Source of the DNA: an uncultured Pseudomonadales bacterium
Lineage (GTDB): Bacteria > Patescibacteriota > Microgenomatia > UBA1400 > PJMF01
DNA: 64,000 nt
Assembly: GCA_964570365.1 (NCBI GenBank)
Contig: CAZMXT010000001.1
Coordinates: 9,440 to 73,439 of the forward strand
Direction of reading: 5' to 3'
The notes beneath the pieces are model-generated. The model saw nothing but the letters and a program-made list of their open reading frames with translations, was not told the DNA's origin and searched no databases. Within the stretch, counting starts at the first letter, position 1. Each line of letters opens with the position of its first letter. Positions 58,216-64,000 of the stretch are shown one piece after another. Both the position numbers and the translations under genes were made by a program.

Positions 58216-59502
58216 ATGACTCCACCAAGCCTCATCTTCCAAGGTAGTATCAAAAATGAAGCAAATGTAGACCTACAATCTGTTATCGTCCAACTTCGTC
58301 AACAGCTTGACCAACTGCATAGCTACCCTATTGAAGAAATTCTGCTGTTCTTTGACCAATTGGTGGAGCAGTGGCAGTCCTCAGGTCTAGCCAAAAAGAA
58401 TCCCTACCTCAAGAATATCTCAGAGTTTTTAGTTAAACAACATTTAGTTACTACTTTGCAGACTGCATTGCGTGGCAAGGTTTCAGTCTTAGATCAATTT
58501 GAGGATCTTGGCGACTATAAAATGATTTTTCATGCCCAACCTCGAGGATTGACTGTTCATTGGTTGGCAGGCAATGTGACAGTATTGGGTTTATTTTCGA
58601 TCTTCTCTGCACTAATAACCAAAAATGTCTGTTTAGTCAAAGCCTCATCACGAGGTCATGAGAACTTGGTGGCTATATTAGACACACTTAGGGAAGTAAA
58701 AACTGGACAGATTAATGGCCAAGACTTTGCCAATGCCATTGCCGTCGTCCTCGTTGATCGCCAGGATCAAGCCAGTCATCAAGTTCTCTCTGAGAATGCA
58801 GATATCAGAATTGCCTGGGGTGGCAAAGAAGCCGTCGAAACTATTATGCAGCTAAGTAAGAGCCCATTTTGCGAAGATTTAATTTTTGGTCCGAAATACT
58901 CATACGCCTTAATCGATAACACTTCTCTAGTCACTAAGCAAAAGCTGCTAGCCCAGCGTTTAGCTGTGGATGTCTCTGTGTTTGATCAGTATGCCTGTTC
59001 CTCGCCCCATACTGTCTTTATTGAAGAAAAAAATGAGGGTGAATCTCTGGCCTTTGCACAGGAATTAGCTAAACAGTTGGAACTAGTGGAGAGAGCGTTT
59101 TTACCTAAAGAAGCAATAGATTCTGGCAAAGCTGCTCAGATTATTAGTTTGCGCAGTGAGTATCAAATCACTGGAACGGTTATATGCTCACAAGATACCA
59201 AGTGGACTGTCATTCACACTACAGAGAAGGGCTTAGCTGATAGCTGTTTTTCTCGAGTCATCTTTGTCAAACCAGTAAAGAATATCGATGAGCTACATGC
59301 GTATAATAATCGACAGAAGCAGACTTTGAGCTGTGCTTTATCTTATGAGAATAAGTTGAAGTACCTGGATAAGCTCACCTTAAGTGGCATTGACCGATGT
59401 CCTGACCTGGGGTACGCCACCTACTTTGAGTCACCTTGGGATGGCATGTTTATTTTTGATCGTTTGGTTCGGTGGGTAAGCACTTATAAGGAGGCTGTAT
59501 GA
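58216..59502 (+). CDS. LuxC-like acyl-CoA/acyl-protein reductase
   Basis: PRG...HWLAGNV, AWGG, FGPKYS, FDQYACSSPH (catalytic Cys), PWDGM..LVRW. Confidence 0.9.
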   Translation: MTPPSLIFQGSIKNEANVDLQSVIVQLRQQLDQLHSYPIEEILLFFDQLVEQWQSSGLAKKNPYLKNISEFLVKQHLVTTLQTALRGKVSVLDQFEDLGDYKMIFHAQPRGLTVHWLAGNVTVLGLFSIFSALITKNVCLVKASSRGHENLVAILDTLREVKTGQINGQDFANAIAVVLVDRQDQASHQVLSENADIRIAWGGKEAVETIMQLSKSPFCEDLIFGPKYSYALIDNTSLVTKQKLLAQRLAVDVSVFDQYACSSPHTVFIEEKNEGESLAFAQELAKQLELVERAFLPKEAIDSGKAAQIISLRSEYQITGTVICSQDTKWTVIHTTEKGLADSCFSRVIFVKPVKNIDELHAYNNRQKQTLSCALSYENKLKYLDKLTLSGIDRCPDLGYATYFESPWDGMFIFDRLVRWVSTYKEAV

Positions 59503-59906
59503 CACTCTCTGTTCATCACCTTGCCAAGGTTGTAGAGAGTATTGAGCAAGCATATGCCCAGTATCAACAGCTCGGATATCAAACAGCAGCAGGATTTTTA
59601 GAACCTCAGGATGATCTGGAACAGAAAGTCAAAGTCGGTGTAATGGTGAGTGGCAACTTGACACTAGAGTTGCTAGAACCTTTATCTGAAACTAGTCCTG
59701 TTTACAATTTTTTAAGCAGCGGGGGCGGTTTTCACCACTTGTGCTATCAGACTGAAGATTTGCAAGCGAGCATAACTGAAATTGAACATAAAAAACTGGC
59801 GAAACGAGTTACGGCTGTTACCACTTCAGTTTGGGATGGGCGCCCTGTCGTTTTTTTTCTTACTGCTAACCAAGAGTTATTTGAAATTATTGGACCAAAA
59901 TTATGA
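59499..59906 (+). CDS. VOC family protein (methylmalonyl-CoA epimerase/glyoxalase-like)
   Basis: HHLA, Q.V, LELLEP...SPV, GGGFHHLCY, FE. Confidence 0.82.
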   Translation: MTLSVHHLAKVVESIEQAYAQYQQLGYQTAAGFLEPQDDLEQKVKVGVMVSGNLTLELLEPLSETSPVYNFLSSGGGFHHLCYQTEDLQASITEIEHKKLAKRVTAVTTSVWDGRPVVFFLTANQELFEIIGPKL

Positions 59907-60634
59907 ACAAAAACCCATATATACATCCATCAGTCCAGATGGGTGATAATTTTCAACATGAATTTAATCTTGTCATCTATGAAGGTGTCCAAATTGGTAA
60001 CAATGTTTCTTTAGGAAATAACGTCATTATTTATCCTCATACAGTGATTCGTGATAACGTGGTGATCCTAGATAACTGCGTGATTGGAAAACCATTACGA
60101 CTGAGCGCTAGGAGTAATCGTAAACCGCCTTTATTACCTGGTTTGCAGATAGGCAGCGATGTAACGATAAGTACCGGCAGCATTCTTTATACTGGCTCTG
60201 TGATTAGCGAAGACGTCTACATTGCCGATAACGTCAATATTCGAGAGGAATGCTCGATTGGTGCAAGTTCAACAATCGGTAAAATGGTTTCCATTGAGTT
60301 CAAAGTCACAGTTGGACATCATACTCGGATTATGGACTGTTCACAGATCACTGAGTACACTGAGATTGGCAATCAAGTTTTTATTGGTCCAGATGTTTCG
60401 TTCTGTGTTGATGCCTCCTTTGGACGAATTTCTAACGCCAGTAATAAAGTTGTTATTAAAGATAAAGCCATGATTGGCGGCAACGCAACCATCGGTCCAG
60501 GTGTGACTGTAGAAGAAAATGCTCTGGTTGCAATGGGCGCAGTGGTAATAAAAAATGTTCCGACTCAAAAAGTCGTCTTAGGCAATCCAGCTCGTGTGCT
60601 TTGGAATGTAGATCAAAAGTTAATTTTGGAATAA
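59903..60634 (+). CDS. Hexapeptide-repeat N-acyltransferase (WbpD/FdtC/QdtC-like)
   Basis: Extended left-handed beta-helix repeats, VFIGP, IGGNATIGPGV, GAVV.KNVP, GNPAR. Confidence 0.87.
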   Translation: MNKNPYIHPSVQMGDNFQHEFNLVIYEGVQIGNNVSLGNNVIIYPHTVIRDNVVILDNCVIGKPLRLSARSNRKPPLLPGLQIGSDVTISTGSILYTGSVISEDVYIADNVNIREECSIGASSTIGKMVSIEFKVTVGHHTRIMDCSQITEYTEIGNQVFIGPDVSFCVDASFGRISNASNKVVIKDKAMIGGNATIGPGVTVEENALVAMGAVVIKNVPTQKVVLGNPARVLWNVDQKLILE

Positions 60635-60635
60635 G

Positions 60636-61790
60636 ATGCAGTTCCCCAAAAACTATCAGGTTTTACTCGTTTCTCATTATACTGAAACTGCCGGTTTAGT
60701 GCATAAATTCCAGCAGTATTTTGAGAAGAAAAAAATTCATCCGACGATGTTACTTCATCCACTTTTTCCTGGTAGTGCATTACCCAGTCTGGTGAGAGTT
60801 AAAGAGCAAGAAATTACGTATAAAGTTCATTCTGTACTCCAGTACCCTCTTGAGATGTTCTTTAGCTTAGGATTGTTGCAAAAAATCAAGTTTGGCCGCT
60901 CATCAACTGATTTAGCAGTTTGCTTTGATCCACTTTCATTTGTCCACACCTATTTTTTAAGAATTTTTTTCAAGATAGATAAAATTATTTACTATAATCT
61001 TGACTACTCTAAAAGCCGCTTTGCCAATCCTCTCGCCAACTTTATCTACCAACGAGTGAATGTTTTTGCTTTTCAGAGAAGTGATTACTTCTTCTCAGCC
61101 ACTGAGCAATTTATGATAGACCTTGATCCAGAGCAAAAACTTCAGCATCGGAGTTTCTTTCTTAAACACGTCGTAGATACTTCAGCAGTTAAGCTGCGTC
61201 AAAAAAAGGAATCTCAAACTTTTGTCTATGCAGGAAGCTTTGGTGAAACCACTAACTTCACTTCCCTGCTAAAGGCCCTCCAGAAACTCTCGCAGGAAAA
61301 GTATACATTTTCATTTGATCTTTATGGTGGCGGCAAGCACCTTGAAGAAGTTGTCCAAGCAGTCAAAAGATTGAAGCTCAAAAACAATGTCCATTTCAAA
61401 GGGCCAGTCAGCAACCTTGAATTGGTGAATACTATTTTGCCGAAGTACAGTTTTGGTGTCTGTCCCTACAAGATCAAGGGTGAACCAGGTGCTCCAGATC
61501 ACATGTTCTACGGTAATGAGCTCACCTCTAAGCTAATCGAGTACCTAGCTGCTGGACTGCCTATCCTTAGTACCCCCTTGCTAGATGCTTTCGAAGTCAT
61601 TGAGAAAGAAAAAATTGGTTTCTTAGTTCAGAGCAGTCAAGACTGGTACTTGGTGATTAAAAAATTGCTTCACCAACCTAAAATACTCATCTCTTATCAA
61701 CAAAAAGCCCTCAAATATTCGTCAAACTACGATATGGAGAAGGTACTTGATCCCCTTTTCAGTCACATTGTCTCTGAAAGACGAGTATGA
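60636..61790 (+). CDS. GT4 glycosyltransferase
   Basis: FVYAGS, GGG, SKLIEYLAAGLPI. Confidence 0.85.
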   Translation: MQFPKNYQVLLVSHYTETAGLVHKFQQYFEKKKIHPTMLLHPLFPGSALPSLVRVKEQEITYKVHSVLQYPLEMFFSLGLLQKIKFGRSSTDLAVCFDPLSFVHTYFLRIFFKIDKIIYYNLDYSKSRFANPLANFIYQRVNVFAFQRSDYFFSATEQFMIDLDPEQKLQHRSFFLKHVVDTSAVKLRQKKESQTFVYAGSFGETTNFTSLLKALQKLSQEKYTFSFDLYGGGKHLEEVVQAVKRLKLKNNVHFKGPVSNLELVNTILPKYSFGVCPYKIKGEPGAPDHMFYGNELTSKLIEYLAAGLPILSTPLLDAFEVIEKEKIGFLVQSSQDWYLVIKKLLHQPKILISYQQKALKYSSNYDMEKVLDPLFSHIVSERRV

Positions 61791-62803
61791 CAGAGCCGCT
61801 AATCTCAGTCATCATAGTCAACCACAACGGGAAAGAATGGTTAAAAGCGTGCTTGGGTTCAGTCTTTAGCCAAGACTACCCGTCTTTTGAAGTGATTTTA
61901 ATAGATAATGCTTCTGATGACGAGAGTGTTTCATTTACTCAGGCGCATTTCCCCAAGGTAAAAATTATTTCTGAGAAAACGAACCACGGCTTTGCGCAAG
62001 GAAATAACATTGGCTTTGCTCACGCTAAAGGTGAGTATATTTTTCTGTTAAATAACGACACTGTTGTCGAGAAGAATTGCCTTACAAAACTCAAGCAGGC
62101 CTTTGTCGAGATTCCTAAGTTAGGAATAGTCCAACCTAAAATTATTTTATTGGATGAACCTGAGCTTTTAGACCAAGTTGGCTCCTACTGGACCAATACT
62201 ACATACCTCTACCACTTTGGGTTTAGAAAACCTCACCACCTAGCTATTTATAATCACTCTAGACAAGTTTTCTCAAGTATGGGTGCTGCCATTATGATCA
62301 GCAGAGAAGTGATTGAAAAGGTTGGTCTTTTTGATGCCCGGTTTTGGTGTTACTACGAAGAAACTGACTTCTGCCACCGAGCCTGGATGCTTGGCTACGA
62401 GAGCTGGTACTATCCACATACCGTTGTTCTCCATTCTAAAGGCGCAACTTCTACTAGTTTTCGCCGATCATTTGTAATTTTTCATAGCTATAAGAATAAA
62501 TTGCGAAGTTTCATAAAAAACTTTGAGGTTAAGAACTTGATACTTATTTTACCCACCTTTTTCCTGCTCAGTCTGAGCCTTGAGTCATACCTCCTATTAA
62601 CCACAGGATCCTGGCAGACTTTTAGAGGTTTTTGGAGCTCTCTTTTTTGGAATGTGGCGAACATTAGAGAAACCCTAGCTGAAAGAAAAATTATTCAGAC
62701 TACCCGGAGAGTTTCAGACAAAGAGATTTTAAGTAAAGTTACCAAGAATCCAAGATTTTCTTATTACAACTTAGCTATTGGGCCTGCGAAGTATCAAGAT
62801 TAG
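61787..62803 (+). CDS. GT2 glycosyltransferase
   Basis: SVIIVNHNG, DNAS.D.S, NHGFAQGNN, LNND, YYEETDFC. Confidence 0.92.
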   Translation: MTEPLISVIIVNHNGKEWLKACLGSVFSQDYPSFEVILIDNASDDESVSFTQAHFPKVKIISEKTNHGFAQGNNIGFAHAKGEYIFLLNNDTVVEKNCLTKLKQAFVEIPKLGIVQPKIILLDEPELLDQVGSYWTNTTYLYHFGFRKPHHLAIYNHSRQVFSSMGAAIMISREVIEKVGLFDARFWCYYEETDFCHRAWMLGYESWYYPHTVVLHSKGATSTSFRRSFVIFHSYKNKLRSFIKNFEVKNLILILPTFFLLSLSLESYLLLTTGSWQTFRGFWSSLFWNVANIRETLAERKIIQTTRRVSDKEILSKVTKNPRFSYYNLAIGPAKYQD

Positions 62804-63600
62804 TTTTTTGATTTCTTCTTTTTTCTCATGACTACGTGGTAACGCTCAGCAAATCTATCATCATTGTCTAGGCTATCAATTACAAAATCAATTGTATTAG
62901 TAGTGAAGAAAATGAATGGAGCAGCTACTGAAAGAATAACTTTTGCAACTAAGTTTCCTTCCATAATTTTGCGAATCAGATACTGATTAGTCATACTCGC
63001 CATGGTGGTTCCAAAACAACAATAAGAAAAGACACGCTCAACTTCCATACCAGTTTGGCGAGCTAGCTTAGCATAGCCTCCCCTGGTGAAGCGTTGAAAA
63101 TCATACTCTGTTCCTCCGTGTTCACGGTACAGAAAGGGCATAGTAGTCACACACAAGCCACCATTTTTTAAAACTCTACTGGCCTCTTTGAAAAATTTAA
63201 GTGGATCATGAATATGCTCCAATACCTCTGCACTGTAGTAGACGTCAAAGGTATTATCTTTAAAAGGCAAATTCATGGCATCGCAAACTTTATCAATTTT
63301 ACTAGAGTCTTTAGCTCTACCATACAAAATTTCAGTAATTCTTCCCAAGGAGTTAATATACTTCGTTTGCTTAGCAAAAAGCTCATCCCAATTAGAATAG
63401 TCAGTAGCCACGTACTTTTTTATTCGAGGGTTGGTACGCATGGCCAACTCTTTTTTTGTGCAGTTCCCTGCTCCAGTTTCGAGAACTTTCCCTTTGAATA
63501 AGGGAATTAATTCTGCACTTGCTCGCTGTTCATTACGAATATCCAACCAGTGGGGGTAAAAAGGAGTATGCGTTAGAAGTTCAATAACAGAAAAGAACAT
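62800..63600 (-). CDS. Class I SAM-dependent methyltransferase
   Basis: VLETGAG, DAMNLPF.DNTFD, EVLEH, RVLKNGG, PFLYREH..DFQRFT. Confidence 0.88.
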   Translation of the reverse strand: MFFSVIELLTHTPFYPHWLDIRNEQRASAELIPLFKGKVLETGAGNCTKKELAMRTNPRIKKYVATDYSNWDELFAKQTKYINSLGRITEILYGRAKDSSKIDKVCDAMNLPFKDNTFDVYYSAEVLEHIHDPLKFFKEASRVLKNGGLCVTTMPFLYREHGGTEYDFQRFTRGGYAKLARQTGMEVERVFSYCCFGTTMASMTNQYLIRKIMEGNLVAKVILSVAAPFIFFTTNTIDFVIDSLDNDDRFAERYHVVMRKKKKSKN

Positions 63601-63636
63601 AGTACCTATTTTGATATTCTGAGGGCTCTCTTTTTC

Positions 63637-64000
63637 TTAGATTTCTGACTGTAAAATTTTTTGCTCTTTTCTGGTTACTATATAGCTGCCAATAGCTAGA
63701 GCATCAACGCAACCCCACAGCAAGTGCTCCACTGCATCAGCAGGCTCGTACACAATAGGTAATCCATGCTTATTAAAGCTGGTATTGAGAACCATCGGAA
63801 CGCCAGTTTGTTTTTCAAACTCAGCAATTAAGTCATAATAAAGTGGATTGACTTTCTTGTCCACGAACTGAGGTCGGCAGGTATTGTCTACATGTATCAC
63901 CGCCGGAATTTTCTTTGCTTTTTTAGGAAAAACAAAGTCAGCCAAGATCATAAAAGGGGAGTCCTTAAGATTCATGAAATACTCTGAAGCTCGATCCTTC
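63637..64000 (-). CDS. Carbamoyltransferase (NodU/CmcH family), C-terminal part; runs off the right edge
   Basis: SPFM, PAVIHVDNTCRPQ, VLNTSFN..G.PIV...DA. The frame stays open to the window edge (KDRASEYFMNL). Confidence 0.9.
   Translation of the reverse strand, partial: KDRASEYFMNLKDSPFMILADFVFPKKAKKIPAVIHVDNTCRPQFVDKKVNPLYYDLIAEFEKQTGVPMVLNTSFNKHGLPIVYEPADAVEHLLWGCVDALAIGSYIVTRKEQKILQSEI

Noticed and set aside
57114-59502. Bioluminescence (lux) operon
   Set aside because: There is no luxA/luxB luciferase, luxD or luxG. The context is ACP and sugar biosynthesis, so lux gene symbols were not assigned.
46338-62803. Horizontally acquired island based on apparently higher AT content
   Set aside because: This is an impression by eye only. 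I cannot compute GC or codon statistics here, and no integrase, tRNA or flanking direct repeats were seen.
4027-63501. Numerous 60-130 aa antisense ORFs in the track
   Set aside because: They lie opposite well-supported genes and lack motifs or translation signals.

Overview
This is a gene-dense bacterial chromosome segment using the standard genetic code (several genes end in TGA). Gene content and style suggest a Patescibacteria/CPR organism, probably Microgenomates-like; that assignment is inference. From left to right it carries: (1) a partial class-2 ileS, missed by the ORF track, preceded by a T-box riboswitch with an ultra-short stem I and an AUC specifier; (2) a GH57 hydrolase; (3) a minus-strand dcw cluster (mraZ-rsmH-ftsL-ftsI-murE-yvcK-murC/murB fusion-murA-mraY-murL/murD2 fusion-ftsW-murG-ftsQ-ftsA-ftsZ); (4) recO, DUF4012 and a minus-strand surface-glycan block (priming GT, manC, GT2/GT4/GT-C enzymes, an O-antigen-ligase-like protein) interrupted by ruvCAB; (5) a plus-strand Wzx-dependent glycan operon. 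That operon contains an AcpS-ACP-adenylation enzyme-Fe-ADH-LuxE-LuxC-VOC-N-acyltransferase module next to amino-deoxysugar genes, resembling the Vibrio cholerae O1 tetronate (WbeK-O) pathway; (6) a convergent methyltransferase and a partial carbamoyltransferase. The most notable observations are the ACP/LuxEC acyl-sugar module, the hybrid T-box, the MurL-MurD2 fusion and a recurring leaderless-type promoter layout. No tRNA, rRNA, CRISPR array or transposase was seen.
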